A DNA stretch of 64,000 nucleotides. Origin: Octopus vulgaris (Eukaryota). Numbering within the stretch: the first letter of the stretch is position 1; every line of letters starts with the position of its first letter. The notes under the pieces were generated by a model, which ran no database searches, had not been told where the DNA came from, and saw only the letters and a list, made by a program, of their open reading frames with translations. Below are positions 10,633 to 25,065 of the stretch, one piece after another. The position numbers and the translations under genes were made by a program. The stretch is from the NCBI GenBank assembly GCA_951406725.2, contig OX597825.1, positions 40,734,001-40,798,000 of the forward strand, read 5' to 3'.

Positions 10633-13370
10633 GTTGAAAATTCACGTAAATTTGGAAAACTTGTAATTGTTTTTAAATAAGTTTATTTGCATATATACCA
10701 TACAATTTCATCAATAAATTTTTTGTTTCTCAATGGTAAAAATTTAGAATTATGAATTAGGAAAACATGTTTAAATGTTTCAATATTAACAAGTTTAAAA
10801 GTTCATAACAATCAATGATATAAAAACTGTAGATCAGCTTGTTTAAATGCACAAAGTTCAATAGGGTTATTAGTGATCGACAAGAAATGAATATCATGAA
10901 AGTTTCAGTCTTACCGAGTTAACAGGGAGAAAACAAGGGAGATATGAAGAAAAGAAAATAGGGGTTGTTTTGCAATTTCTGTGATTCTCTTTCCGTCGTG
11001 TGCACCGAACATTCGCTTGTAATGCCGTTTGTTGGAATCCGGTGTAATTATAAATTTTTCTGTGAACGGATCTGATTTTTGATCCGTTAAAGTGCTGGTG
11101 AGGTCTTGCTTTTCTGGTGGTCAAGTTTGTCGTTCATTTTGGTTGGCTTCCAGCTGGTTGAATTTCTCAAAAGATCATTTTCTTTTATTTGCTGAAATTC
11201 GATTTTTATCGGAGGTAAAATTTCCTGGGTCTAGAGTTAGGTGACGTCAGCAACTGGTGTTTGTATGTTATTATTGTATTGTAATTTGGAGTTGTGGTTT
11301 CACAGGCCGGGTTGAAAACTGTTACTAAAGTTTCTAAAATTGTCTGTTGTATCTGGTTGTTGTTTTATGGAGAGGTTTCTCGTTCTCCTCTTTAGTGTTT
11401 TTTCTTGTTTCTAAAAGATATTCAGCTGTGCTTTATATTTTTTAATGAATTTGTTTCCCTTATTTAATCTGAATTCTATTCTCCTCCTGCTACTCAAAGC
11501 ATATTAAAATAAATATACCGTTCAAGTTAGCAAGAAGAATTTGCACGATTGCATCAAATCCTGAAACCCGAGAAAAGCGACTCCAAGAACTTAAAAGCAT
11601 ATTATTAGATAGAAAATATCCGGCCAGTCTATTCAAAAAAGGAACAGAACTTGCAAAAATGATAGACCTCCGAGAGTTACAGAATACAAAAAATACCATG
11701 ACACACTTAAAACTTTATCTTACGTATCAACACACAATCTGCGGAACATGGAAGCATACAATATCATTCGCCGCTAAGTCGGCGAGCTGGCAGAAACGTT
11801 AGTGTGCCGGGCGAAATGCTTAGCGGTATTTCGTTTGTCGTTACGTTCTGAGTTCAAATTCCACCGAGGTCGACTTTGCCTTTCATCCTCTCGGGGTCGA
11901 TAAATAAAGTACCAGTTTCACTGGGGTCAATGTAATTGACTTAATCCCTGTGGCTGTCCTTCTTTGTCCCCTCTATTTTTAGCCCCCTGTGGGTAGTAAA
12001 GAAATAAATATCATTCACCAAAACATGCCCCTGAAGGACCTGCGAATGAAACAGGTCTTGGAAACACATAAGATAATTAAAAGCAAGAAGCAGCCGCAAT
12101 CCCTTAAAATTTACTCAACAGCGCCAAATTACCCACCAAAAATGCAACCCACTAGTCAAAAAGTGCAACCGCACAACTGCGGGACTTGCATCTTCCCCTT
12201 AGAGGGCTCAACATACAAATTTACGTCAGGTCAAACTTTTACCATAAAAATTACTTCATCTATGCTTCGAAGAGCTTAATCTATGTTCTCAAATGTGGAG
12301 GGTGTGGTGGAGACTACATAGGTTAAACTAGTTCAACCTTGATGGACAGACTAACAGCGCACAGACAACAGATCCAGGACCCCATGACCAGAAAAATTCC
12401 CGGAAGCAAACAATTAGACCAATGCCCTGCAAACATAAACCCGAAATGCCAAATCTTCCCTCTCTATCAATGCACTGGAAACAATTCAACACAATTTGGT
12501 TTAAATAAAGAAATGTTATGCATTAAAAAATATATACCAATGCTTAATATCCTTTAGAAAGAAGATAAAACACTAAAGAGAAAAGGAGAAAGACTCAAAT
12601 TCTCCACAACAAAAACAGCCACATGCAACAGACAATTAAAAATCTTTAGTAACAGTCTTCAACCCGGGTTTCGAAACCGCAGCTCCACATCACCAAACAG
12701 CAACACCATACAAGCACCAGTTGCTGACACCACCTAATTCTGGGCCAATGAAATTTTACCTCCGATCAAAACCGAATGTCAGCAAATACAACAAAATGAC
12801 CCTGTGAGAAAATCAACCAACTGGAACGGCTGATGACTGTTCCCCACAGGGAAATCAACCAAGCAGAACCACAAACTTGACCACCAGAAAAAGAAGACGT
12901 CACCAGTACTTTAACAGATCAAAAATCAGATCAACTCGCGGAAAAAATTATAAAGACACTGGATTCCAATAAACGGCGTTACAAGTGAAAGTTACTGTAC
13001 ACGATATAAAGATAATCACAGAAACTGTAAACCAAAGCCGTCTTTTTACTATCTTCATTTCTCCCTTGTTTTTTTCCCTCTTAACTCGGTATGACTGAAA
13101 CTTTCATGATATTCATTTCTTGTCGATCACTACTAACACTATTGAATTTTGTGCATTTAAACAAGATGATCTACAGTTTTTATATTATTGATTGTTATGA
13201 ACTTTTAAACTTGTCAACATTGAAACATTTAAACATGTTTTTCTAATTCATAATTCTAAATTTTTACCATTGAGAAACAAAAAAATTATTGATGAAATTG
13301 TATGGTATATATGTAAATAAACTTACTTAAAAACAATTACAAGTTTTCCAAATTTACGTGCACTTTCAAC
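10633..13370 (+). mobile_element. Penelope-like element 2: inverted pLTR (10633-11480), 5'-truncated thumb/GIY-YIG body (11490-12557), pLTR (12558-13370)
   Basis: 10633-11480 is the reverse complement of about 12490-13370. Body encodes KINIPFKLARRICTIASNPETREKRLQELK..RKYP, CGTC, LIYVLKCGGCGGDYIG*T..DRLTAHRQQI. Confidence 0.9.
11770..12006 (+). mobile_element. tRNA-derived SINE (Meta-like domain) inserted in PLE 2, with 10-bp TSD
   Basis: A box TGGCAGAAACG, B box GAGTTCAAATTC, GCCTTTCATCCTCTCGGGGTCGATAAATAAAGTACCAG. TSD AATATCATTC at 11760-11769 and 12007-12016. Confidence 0.9.
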
Positions 13371-13559
13371 AAACTAGAGAGAGAGAGAAAGTTAGTCGTC
13401 TGTGCGCCGTATCTACACCTTTTTGTCTTCAGCAAGATATTTTCTCCGTAACAAAATACACTGAAAAGCTTTCTTACGGGTTCGAATAGCCCTCACGTAT
13501 ATTTGAACTGTTAACAAGTTCTTATATAGGGAGAGAGTGACGGAAGAGATGCACAACTG

Positions 13560-14530
13560 TGTGGGCTTCATGAGGAATTAAGCGAGCGTAAATAGACAGA
13601 ATCTTCCCCCAAATAAAGGCGCAATTCCACATACTATAAGCTATGCCCCTACAAGCTAGCAATCATTTTTGCAATCACTGAATCAAGTCCACTTTGAAGA
13701 AATTCATTGGTGCACTTATACCCACTTTCAAAGATACTATTTCCTCATTTCGGTTATCAAATTATTTTCTGCGAAGATTGGCCTTTATTTGACAAATTGG
13801 ACTTAGAATTTAGATGTGAAAATCGTTATATCCGGCTAATAAGGTGGATAGGTGCCACTCACCAGACCAAGTTGCTAATGATCCCATTTTCTTCCAACCA
13901 AAGTTATCTACGGTTATTGTCATTTTGAATGGGTATCTTTTTTTATTTCTTACAGATGATTCTGAGTGTTTTATTGCACCGTTTGTTCTTCACGATAAAG
14001 TATATGCCAGAAAATCAAGTAGAATGACTGGCGAAGAGAATTGACGCTTTTAGTTGAATTGCGGATCTTTTCTTTTCTTTTTTTTATTTTCGAAGTTGTG
14101 ACCTTACAAACAGGTTTCGCTTCTAGCGGAGCAGAAAAGCGTTCACTGGTAATGTAACCGTTTTACTACACATTCCGGTACCCAAAATCTTCCTATATCT
14201 TTTGTGATGCTTTGAGCCTGACCACAATCTAGTTATGCAAAAGATCACCGATAGTAACTTGTCTCTCTGCACCAATTAATTCGTTTTGTGGCTGGTTATT
14301 CGTAGCAGTGGCAACATTTGATAGCTTCCCACTACGTGTTTTTCTCCAGTGCTGATTTCGCTTACTTCATATTTCTTTATCCATCTGTGCGCATCTCTCT
14401 TGTCAATGATCTCATATGCGTAAACAACCTGTAAACTTTTATGCATGCGGGCTCCCTGCATTCCTCCTATGCCTCGAATTCATCGACAGCACGTTACACC
14501 TGCTTTGAAATCAATCATTTTCCTGCACAG
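13560..14530 (-). mobile_element. Old mariner transposase relic
   Basis: HTH-like MHKSLQVVYAYEIIDKRDAHRWIKK at 14461-14276 and decayed downstream motifs. Confidence 0.5.
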
Positions 14531-15954
14531 CATGCAAAATAGTTGCTTTAGAGGTAAAGATGCTTACTATAATGGATACATTTTACGCTTTCAATTGTAT
14601 AAACGCTAAAAATAAGTTATGCTAATATTAAATGACTTCAAGGTTAGTTAATAAAAAATTATGCAAATTTTGCATTCTTTTTTTTGTGATTACTTTTTTT
14701 GCATTAATTAAATCCTTTAACCTACGTCATTACTTCTAGATTTAGCTAGCTTAGAGGCTTCTTTTGCAAATCCAGTGTATCCGTTATTTTATCGTTTTAT
14801 GAACTGGAATCGTGGGAAATACTGCGGCCAGCATCAAGGGACATAACATTTTCTTGCTGGCAGCAATTCAGCGGTTCAATTATAATTATATTCTATAAAG
14901 GAGCATAAAATTTTCGTCTTAAGAAAGGGCAATTAATTGGAATAAATAGCATATGTTAAGTGATTGACAATTATTAAATCATTATTACAATTAAAAATAT
15001 CTACACACCCGTTCCAACTATCCCACCAGTATTATTACTGCGTCTATTAAATTCTATCCCCACCGATGTCTCTGCAAACAACTTAAAATACGACACTTTG
15101 CAGTATATCATGTGTGTGTGTGTGAACTGGTGTGATTAATATGTCTGTAAATAGCTTTCTCTTTCCACCCCTAACTACTACGCAGCTCCTCCGGGAAAAC
15201 ACTTTTTTCTCACTCTCTTTCTCTCTCACTGTCTCTCCCTTAGTCTTCCAAACTGTCTGTCTCTCTCTCTCTCCCTCCTCCTCTCTCACTCTGACTTTAC
15301 GTATATTTGTGATTGTGTGTGTGTTTAAAACACAGAGAAAGAAAGAAAGACACAGACAGCCTCCTTGTCTCTCTCACCTCTACCGCAGTTCTCTCCTATA
15401 AGTAACCTTCTCTGCTGAGCCATTTAACTTTGTAGAGTAAGTACATAAACATAATTAAAATAAATGTAGAGCTGATCTTTTCGTTTATCAACTATATATA
15501 AAGGGTTTCTACAACTCAATCCGGGACTTCTGAATGAAGCGGTACAGCAGATGCGAGCAATTCTCATTTGAGGGCTGATGGTATCTTATCACTACCAATA
15601 AGAATTCAGTGAAAAGATATAGACGGAAATTTTCTTCAGCATCAGTCCTTGAAATTTTGGAAACTCCGAGACTGCATAATAATTAGGTAGCAAGACAGAA
15701 GTGATATATACATTGAACGGGTAACGACAGTAATAGAGTGTAGCACAATCTATAACTACTTCATATAAGAAACAGTTTGCACAAAAGTTTCCAAGCGGAA
15801 CAAGGCGAACTACTTATGCATTAACAGAGAAGTTGAGGGACTGGGACAAAGAAGCATTTGGAGAGGATAACAACCGCAGTAATAGCAAGAATATCAACAA
15901 ATCGAAGACGATGATTACAATGGCAAAGAAGGAGAGGGGGGAAAAAGAAGAAAA

Positions 15955-16183
15955 TGAAGAAGAAGCTGGAAGAAGTAGAAGAAGAAGAAGTAGAAGGAGA
16001 AGAAGAAGAAGAAGAAGAAGAAGAAGAAGAAGAAGAAGAAAAAGAAGAAGGAGAAGGAGAAGAAGAAGAAGAAGAAGAAGTAGAAGAAGAAGAAGAAGAA
16101 GAAGAAAAAGAAGAAGGAGAAGGAGAAGGAGAAGAAGAAGAAGAAGAAGAAGAAGAAGAAGAAGAAGAAGAAGAAGAAGAAGG
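15955..16183 (+). repeat. (GAA)n purine microsatellite
   Basis: Direct reading. Confidence 0.97.
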
Positions 16184-16449
16184 AGGCCCTAAATCGTTTT
16201 GCTTTAATTAATCTTTTTTAAATAATTAGCATTTGGGGCGAGGGTGTGTGTTTGTGCATTGTGTCGGTCAGTACCTTAGTACTAGCAAATGTCTATAAAG
16301 ACTAACATGTAGGTGTGATATGAAGATCATTACATAGGTTGTTAAAAATAATAATGATGTCAGCCGAAGATGTCTCATTTTCCCTGTCATAAATCCCCTG
16401 TAACGGGCTTTATTTTATTATAGTATTCCTTTGCGTGCTGGTGCGGAAA

Positions 16450-16605
16450 CGGTTGCCTATTAAAATCGCATGACTCCATTATCAGCTCGAGGGGAGGAAA
16501 GGCAATGTCGAGCTCAGTGCAATGTGAATTTACAACAAAAACATCCGCTCAAATATCCCTAGGCATTGTGTTCAAATGTCTAATTATTATGTTAGTCAAC
16601 CAGCG
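16450..16605 (-). mobile_element. Highly decayed Meta-like SINE
   Basis: TTATCAGCTCGAGGGGAGGAAAGGCAATGTCGAGCTC resembles reverse complement of the core of 11770-12006. Confidence 0.45.
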
Positions 16606-16724
16606 TTCACAGCTGAAATACAAAATGAAAATTAAGATATAAAACCAGGTGTAACATGATTTGAAGACAACCAATGTCACTTTTTGCGTTGCTAGTAAAT
16701 GAATTTTACAAAAAGGGATCAAAG

Positions 16725-16951
16725 ATCCGATATAAGTCATAGGCTCATGAGGCAGATTTCCTGAATTCTGTAGCGCATATATTTCCCACCTGGAGGGATA
16801 TCGGAGTTACTCATTGTTCCTGTTTAGTGGACTGGAGCAACGCGAAATGAAGTGTTTTATTCAAGAACACAATGCATTGTCTAGTCCTAGACTCGAAAGT
16901 ACATTCTTACGATCACCAGAAAATGACACTAACCAGTAAATCATGCTCCTC
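16725..16951 (-). mobile_element. tRNA-derived CORE-like SINE, decayed
   Basis: GTGGACTGGAGCAACGCGAAATGAAGTGTTTTATTCAAGAACACAA is the reverse complement of the core of 18756-18965. Confidence 0.75.
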
Positions 16952-18244
16952 CTATGTAAATGAATCAAAGATTCTAAATTAGTATAGAAGAAAGCAAATG
17001 TCTCATGTTGCATTATCTATACTGAATCAATAACTAAGTGACATATATGCATTTTTAGTGTAGAATGCATCATAGATTATCAGAGGATCCAAAAACATAA
17101 GATATTCTAAGATTGAGAGATGCTTGATTTAAAATAAAATACATATAATGATAAGAATGTACATTTAGTTGTCCAGTTGTAGAATATGGAGATGTAAAAC
17201 GCAAAATGGCTATTTGCAGAACGACAGCGGCAAATCTCAAAACCATATACGTTACATATAGGTGACAGAATACCTAAGTTCAAGGCAATAGATAATGCAA
17301 CATGAGAAATTGGTTTTTTTTCTATACTAATTTAGAATCTTTAATTCATTTACAACTAAAATATAAAAGATGTAACACAGATATACCTGTGCATGTATAT
17401 ATAAAGTGAGAGGGAGATAAACAAAGAGAAGAGAATAAAGGATGCCCTTAATTTTTATCAAGTTAGCTGAAAGAATATCCCAGAAGGAGTGAGAAACTAG
17501 TTGCTAAATATATGACAACAGTGTACAAATGTGCTAAAACATTTGAAGTTAAAACATTGTTTTGAACCTTTCGTTTTGATTTCCTGATGTATGATTTTCT
17601 TTATGATAACTAAATGCAACAAAATATGATATTCAGCATTTCTTTCTTTTGCTTGGTAATCACACAGAAGTATCACAGACTAAAACCACAACTATTTCTT
17701 TAAATTATTGATACTTCTAAATTTCTAAAAACATTTTTTTCTTAATTGCTTCATTGTTTCTGCCGTTCAATGTAGACAATGTGGTTTTGTTTAGAATATA
17801 TTCCATTTAACACTTATCTGAAATTTGACAATACTCTTATACATAAACAAACTATATTTCACACCTGAACTGTGTCAGATTTTGACAACGAATAATCGTA
17901 AAAACACCAAAGATCGTTAAACACTGTAACATTTTGTAGCTATTTGATAACAAAAACGATTACAATTTTCTTAGATATATTAAGAATGCCTCATGAGGAA
18001 TATTATTTCACTATCGATACTAACTCTTTCATAACTTGACAAAATTTTAGATACATACAATTATGTTTGTATTATGGTTGAATGTATATATATGTGTACA
18101 TTTAAAAATGTAATTGTATGAATATATGGTGCTTTTGTCTTGTACATATGTGTGTGTGTAGAAGTATTAAAGTAAGTGTTATTAAAATCTAACTATTAAA
18201 AGTAATAAGCATTTACTCATGAGAAGTTCAAATTTCTTACACAT

Positions 18245-18530
18245 ACGAGGTGATATTAAAAGGTCCCCGGACTAATTCTGTAATAAGCCAACAGATGGCA
18301 GCATACGGTTGTATGCTCAGTGAGTGGTAGCAGTGACCTTCATTAGGTAGTGTGCTGATGTGCTGAATGACATTGCTGTTAATAATCCGCAAGTTTTAAA
18401 ATTTATGTTTTTGTAATCGCGAGTATGCTGAATCTGCGATTTTATCATGGCGACAAGTTGGAACAAAGATCCAACGTGAAATTTTGCATCAAACTTGGAA
18501 AATCTGCTACAGAGACAATGAGATTGCTAT
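18245..18530 (+). mobile_element. Mariner 5' end fragment
   Basis: TA-CGAGGTGATATTAAAAGGTCCCCGGACT TIR-like start; LEQRSNVKFCIKLGKSATETMRLL N-terminus. Confidence 0.8.
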
Positions 18531-18755
18531 TAATTAAAGAAATATTAATTTTATTATTCTGTAAGATAATATTTAATTAGTTCAAATGTACACAAATGCA
18601 TAAAAATAATTTTTAATTCCATTATGTATTCTAAAATACTATTAAATTTCATTAAATTTTAAAAAAAGTAAAATTGGATAGAACTTATGGGAAGACCTGA
18701 TATATATATATGTGTGTTTGTGTGTGTGTGTGTGTGAGTGTATGTGTGTGTGTGT

Positions 18756-18965
18756 GGAGGCGTGTGGCTTAAGGGTTAGGGTCTCAGCATCATGATCGTG
18801 AGATTGTGGTTTCGATTCCCGGACCGGGCGACACGTTGTGTTCTTGAGCAAAACACTTCATTTCACGTTGCTCCAGTTCACTCAGCTGGCGAAAATGAGT
18901 AAAGCTGCGATGGAAACCGGGCCCATGGGCCTGGCTAGGCTTTAAAAATGTACATTTATTATTTT
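18756..18965 (+). mobile_element. tRNA-derived CORE-like SINE
   Basis: A box TGGCTTAAGGG, B box GGTTTCGATTCC, CORE-like GTGTTCTTGAGCAAAACACTTCATTTCACGTTGCTCCAGTTCACTCAGCTG..AAATGAGTA. Confidence 0.85.
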
Positions 18966-20533
18966 ATATATATATATGTATATAAATATATATGTATATA
19001 TATATATACAAAGACATATAGACATATTCATATGTACATACGACTACACGTGCGCACATACACACGAATGCGCGCGCGAGTAGTTTGCACAATTCCAATC
19101 AACTGAATTCCAACTATGAAATTTTGGTCAAGTGTTTCACAACTGAGCTTTGCTAAAACGTCTGCATAGATTGATGAGCCCGATATCATATTATTTCAGA
19201 ACTTGTTCAAACACACACCTGTACCTTTATCACTGTCATGCATAAGTCTATGTTTTATCGAACTAACTACTAAAGAATGATTGCATGCTAGCCAGCATAC
19301 TGGTTACCTGGAGCGAAACACGTATATTACAATACAGTGGCCTTATCTCTGTATTGTAACATACTGTGTACTAATGTACTGTGTATTAACATCTAGGTAA
19401 ATATCTGAAACACTTTTATCTTCGCAACTATCTTCAAAAATAACAATTTTACGACAACCGAAAGATGTGTTAAGGTTAGTAAGAGGAGTACCATAACAAT
19501 ATTATGATGAATAAATAGAATTTTATAGAAAAGAATGACTGGTTAAAACTCCACTACTATTGTTTTGAAATCAAATGCAAGCATCAATTATTTAAAAATT
19601 CACGAAGAAATGCCAAATTTATAGGATACATCTCTAGATGTTTTCATGGCAAGAACTTACATAAATTTACTTAATTGTGCATTGTAGTGATGGATTATGC
19701 AAAATAATGTTTTAGCTTCAGGTGATATGGAAGAGAAAGATATTAAGCTCTAGATATCCGATATTCGACAACAAAATATTTCAACAAAAGTTTGTGTGAT
19801 GAATTAGGTATTATAGAAATTTTATACATCTCAAATTTGCATGTATCCAAAAAACTTTCTCGTTATGATTATAATAAAAGAAGTGGAAATAAAATCATGA
19901 CAAAATATCACTAGTTCGACATTTACTCGATTGATAAAATCAGGAAGGCGTAAAGTGCTTCTCAATTTAATATTATATACCGACGATTTAACATTGGATA
20001 TTGATAGTTTTACACTTCAAATACACATGCAATAACCGCATTAGTAACCTTGTGGAAACAACCTGAATAACCTCTGCACTTATAATCTAGATGATCCCTT
20101 CTGCAAACGGAGCTACAACTATATAATTTCAATAAAATTTCACTGTTATTGCAGATTTGCCGCATAATTTAAACTCCAGGTTTTGAGTATATTCTACGAA
20201 TAACTTATATTGTCGCAATGCTGCTACACACTTGTCGACCTACGTGTACACTCACTTGCTTACACTGACAAAAGAACACATAAACAAAAACAGTAGCACA
20301 ATCATATATTCATATATTCATGGATTCATATATACATACAAACATACAAATAAACATAGAATAAATACATACATGCATACTGACCATGCGTTTCCTGTCT
20401 GTCTTTGCGCACCTATCACCTAATATGTTTGTATACCTGAGTTTTACTTCCCTTTCTACTCTCTTTTATAATCTTAACCGTTTCCGGCATTAATATTCCT
20501 TTTCACTTCCTTCTGTCTGTCTCTGTCTGTCTG

Positions 20534-20576
<43 letters not shown>

Positions 20577-20745
20577 ATACTTTCTTTCTTCTATTCTGCT
20601 CTTTATCATCACTTTTCTCTTTTGTATTTTAAAATTACCATATCTTTCACTCTCTAATTTTTTTTTTCTTGTATCTTCAGATTTCTGTATCTGATCACTT
20701 ACATTTGCAATCTCATTTGTATATTTCTTTCACTCGCACGTCTAT

Positions 20746-21575
20746 TAAAAGGTATACCCAAAAGAAACTGGAATTTTGCAATATTATTTCATTCGGTTTT
20801 ATATGTTTATACTTTTATCGCCTTCAAATTATTCATTTGAAGCAATGTATCGGTCCAGCAATGCTAGAACTCTTGCGAAGTGATGCCTTTTAATGCTTCC
20901 GTGGTTTTTTTCTTCAACTTTTCCACATTTTAAAATTTTGTAGCACCATCTTTCGTCACCAGTGATGACCTTCCAAACAGGTCCGGATCAATTTCCAACT
21001 GTTCTTTCAATTCACAAGACGCATTCAATCGTAACGGCTTTTCATCTTCCATGAGCAAATGAGGCACACATTTTGCTACAATTCTTTTCATTCGCAACTC
21101 CTCGTTCAAAATTCGCAAGCAAGAGCTCCAGGACACGTCAATTGTTCAGTGACGATCCTCCAAGATCAGTGCATGAATGTTCATGATGTTTTCATTCGTT
21201 CGGGAGCTCGACAGTCGCCCTGATCGAGGTTGGTCTTCAAGCGACAAAGGAGCATTTTTAAAGCTTGGAAACCACACATAAGCTTGTTTTTTTCTCATTG
21301 CTGCATCCTTGTAAGTTGTTTGAAGCATAACATCTTTTTCGGCTACCTTTTCCCCAGCAAAAAAATTTCACGGAAGCACGCTGTTCTTTCGTTGCATCCA
21401 TCACGAAAATCGACGAACAGGGGAGAAGCGCTGCAAAATAGAAGCGTAACATGTGGCAGTACGTTGTCAGCCAATAACGCCGGTCTGCAGACTGATGCCG
21501 GAGGGTCATAGCTTGTCTACCATGGGCTTGTCATACAGAGAACGTATCCGGTTACTTCGGGGTACCTCCTCAAAT
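20746..21575 (-). mobile_element. Internally deleted mariner element
   Basis: MDATKEQRASVKF, LEDQPRSGR, SCLRILNEELRMKRIVAKCVPHLL; degenerate TIRs at both ends. Confidence 0.88.
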
Positions 21576-22099
21576 ATATATAAGAAAAACACACTGATAT
21601 TGCCATTACCAGTGTTTTCTCCTTAAAACTAAAACTAAGGAAACATTCACTTGATCACTAAGCGCCATATGTTTGAACCAATTAGGCATCAAATGTCCTT
21701 CATGTAATGTAGAAAGAAAAGACTTCCTACTTCATCTGATGAATAAATAAATGTTAAGAAATGTATTCCATCGTATTTGCTTCTAAACTCTGGTAGTTGT
21801 AAGATGCTGACTGTATTGATAAATCCCGAGTACACATAAGAATTCACTTTGCATGGAAAACAAACGAACCAAAAAGTATCCACTTTTATATGCATTAGAA
21901 AAGTCAATAATACTATCTGTATGACATACATAACACCAGAGAACGTGACTTCGAAAACATGTTAGAGGGAATAATATAAATTACAGTTGGATAGTTCTTT
22001 AGTGTCCGATACAGACTATGTCATTTAATGCACACATCAATTTTCAGTCCATAAAATACGTCCGTAAAAATATTAGTAACATTGTTGCTGCAAAATAAG

Positions 22100-23900
22100 C
22101 AATATCAACTTTGCAAATTGCAACAGCCAAAATATGACTGTGGTATTTAGGTTCCCAATGAATTTTTCACTTTTTCCATTCATAAAATAAATTGTAACAT
22201 TTAGTTACTTACTATCCACTTTGAAAATATGCAAAAGCTTTACTCCAACAACATGTGCACAGCAAGCAAAACATCCATGAAACACAACCCCAGTAAGATA
22301 TTGTTATAATGGTCTTTGTGCATATCCAGGCTGCCCGATAATCAATGGAAAATTATGAAGTTTAACATAAACATTGCATGAACGTATATTCTACGACTAT
22401 ATATGACTTCTGTGAATTATAAAGACCAATTTCACTTCAAAGGTTTTTGAAGAATGCATGAGGAAATTTGCTCTACTTATAGAGAGTATTGGTTCAGACG
22501 CGGAGAATGATACCCAGTGGAATGCATTCAGAGCTTCCTCAACAACATTATCGGCTTCTAAACTACTCGGTGGATTGAACCATATAGCATATATTTATTG
22601 ACAGCAAACCACAACACATAGTTCAGAATTAGGTTCCAAGTCCCCGTGAGGCTTATGCCTCTCGATGGCACTGGATACAACATTATCAGCGTTTTCTGTA
22701 TGTCAGTCTGCCAAACGTTCTCTTGGCCATGCAATGAGCGTGTGGGAAACTATCTAATGCACTTACTATTTGCACTACTTTATAACGAAGAGATTTCTGA
22801 AGTTTTCAACCGTCAAAGTTCAACACGTATACCTTGACATCAAAATACGGCACACACAGGAAATTTACAATGCAGCTTTTATTAACATTTTGAAAAGGAT
22901 TCAAGGCAGTTGTCTGTAAGTCACCGATCGAAATCTCAAGAGAAACAATGATTTTTATACATAAACAACGAAAATCAATGGCAATGAACACACACCTATC
23001 GCAGAAGTAAGAAAAGCCTACGTTGCTATTTTGATCGAACACGACAAGAAGTTAGAATTTACTACCTTGGTGCACCCTGTGGGCTGTAAAAGCATTCTTA
23101 AATATGCGACTTAGCTGAATGTGTTACGATAACGGCAGAGATATTGCAATTGCTTCTCCAGGCATCTCCACTATGCTTCTTCCATTAGGCCATACAGCAT
23201 TTTCTACTTCTCATCTTCTGGGTTTTATATTACAAACTTTCCAAGATATGGGAAACCAAAATGTTCTTAGGAAATGCCTGATGATTGCTTAGGACGAAAA
23301 CACAGTGGCTCACAAACAAGCTCTGAATTTATACTGGGACATTTGAATGGTCATAGAGCAGTTGTGCTATAAGGTTACGTCTCTTCAACATATCCAGTGA
23401 TCATAAAAGGAGCAAAACCTGAGAATATCCGAGCTTAATAAAGTGTTATCACTTTCGACCAAGTTTGTTTCGGAAACCTCTACAAACTTAAGTGCCAATC
23501 GACTTGGATATGAGCTTGCTTTTCAGTTTGCCAAACACATTGCTAAAAAAAGAAAGTGAAGATTTCATTCTGACATTCTCCCATACATACACTGAACAAT
23601 TCGACCGATTTCATGATAAACTTGTTGCGGTGAGTGAGGTATTCCGCATATCTGCATCATAAATTCAGGTTCATGGAATATATAATACAAATGTTAGCAG
23701 TAGGAGTTTCTGCTCTTCACCCACTCAGACGCATCCATTGAGAAGTGTACTGCCCAGTCGTAATTTCACTCGAAAGTTTGTAGTTTTCTATGAAGATAAT
23801 AGGTTTTCACTTACCACAAGAATGTTCTAACATTCATGAATCAGGCTGAGAACAGCTTGAATACTCCCTCATACCTGTGATCTTGTGTTATGAGATTATT
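22100..23900 (-). mobile_element. Very old LINE RT relic (APE-type clade uncertain)
   Basis: Ordered remnants on minus strand: CFRPKQSS (about 23290) and RVHQGS (about 23070), matching GFRP..S and GVPQGS; boundaries approximate. Confidence 0.4.
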
Positions 23901-24104
23901 TTTATTTCGCATTTTGGATCATTTTCATCGGTGAGAAATTAAATGATACTTTGGTCGAACTGAAATAAGCGACTTCAAAAAGATGGTATCATGAAGTCTT
24001 CAGAAAAATTTGGCAGAACGGTGTTATTTATATATATATGACCATTCCGAAATATAACAATATATATATATAATTATTATTTTAAATATATTATTATATG
24101 CCAT

Positions 24105-24157
<53 letters not shown>

Positions 24158-24177
24158 AACATATATATATATTCCTT

Positions 24178-24405
24178 TGTTCTTTTACTTGCTTCTGTCA
24201 TTTGACTGCGGCCATGCTGTAGCACCGCCTTGAAGAGATTTAGTTGAACAAATTAACCTCAGGAATTTTAAAAGCATGGTATTTACTCTATTGTTCTCTT
24301 TTGCCGAACCACTAAGTTACGGGGACGTAAACACATCAACACCGATTGTCAAGCGGTGGTGGGGAACAAACACAGTCATAAAGACACACACACACACACG
24401 CACAT

Positions 24406-24437
<32 letters not shown>

Positions 24438-24632
24438 GTATATGTATATATATGTATATATATATATATATATATACATATATATAAGACGGACTTCTTT
24501 CAGTTTCCCTCACAACACTTTGGTCGGCTACAGGCTATAGTAGAAGACATTTGTCCAAGGTACCACGCAGTAAGACTGAACTCGGAATCATTTGGTTGGG
24601 AAGCAATTTTCTTACCTCACAGCCACTCTGTG
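24178..24632 (-). mobile_element. tRNA-derived SINE with internal (TA/TG)n and RTE-like 3' tail
   Basis: Reverse complement homologous to 32172-32562, including tail GGCGGTGCT.CAGCATGGCC.CAGTCA..AAGTAAAAG. Confidence 0.88.
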
Positions 24633-24937
24633 TAATAAGTTACTATTGCTGCTTTTTATATCTTCAACAAAAAGTTAAAATACTTTGGGATTTAACCAAT
24701 ACATGTGTGTTCATATATGTGTGCAGATAAGTGTGTGGGCGTCGCTATGTCGGTGCACGCATGTGTATGTGTTTGTATGGGGGTGGTATAAACACATAGA
24801 TACAGAGGTATTTAAAGATTTGTTAGTACGTCGATTATAAAGTCTTATAGTATTAGTTCAAATACTGCCCAGGCATTTCATTCTTCCTTTTTTTCGAGAG
24901 CGAGAATAATGAAGAAATCCAGTACTTCAAATAACAA

Positions 24938-25065
24938 CTTTTCGTCTACCAAATCCACTGACAAGTCTTTTGCTGGACCGAGGCAATAATAAGTGCCACA
25001 CTATGGAAGTGAACCCGGAACCATGTTGTTGGGAAGCAAGCTTCTTACCACACAGCTACGCTTGT
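24938..25065 (-). mobile_element. 5' fragment of the same SINE family
   Basis: CGTCTACCAAATCCACT..GGGAAGCAAGCTTCTTACCACACAGC matches head of the 24178 and 32172 copies. Confidence 0.75.

Noticed and set aside
12829-12856. CTGATGA-CTGT tcccc ACAG-G-GAAA hammerhead-like core in PLE 2 pLTR
   Set aside because: No stem I or stem III/UH could be built in any topology, and the segment is absent from the inverted arm.
15833-16211. Poly-Arg and poly-Glu ORFs
   Set aside because: Translations of a (GAA)n microsatellite; no coding evidence.
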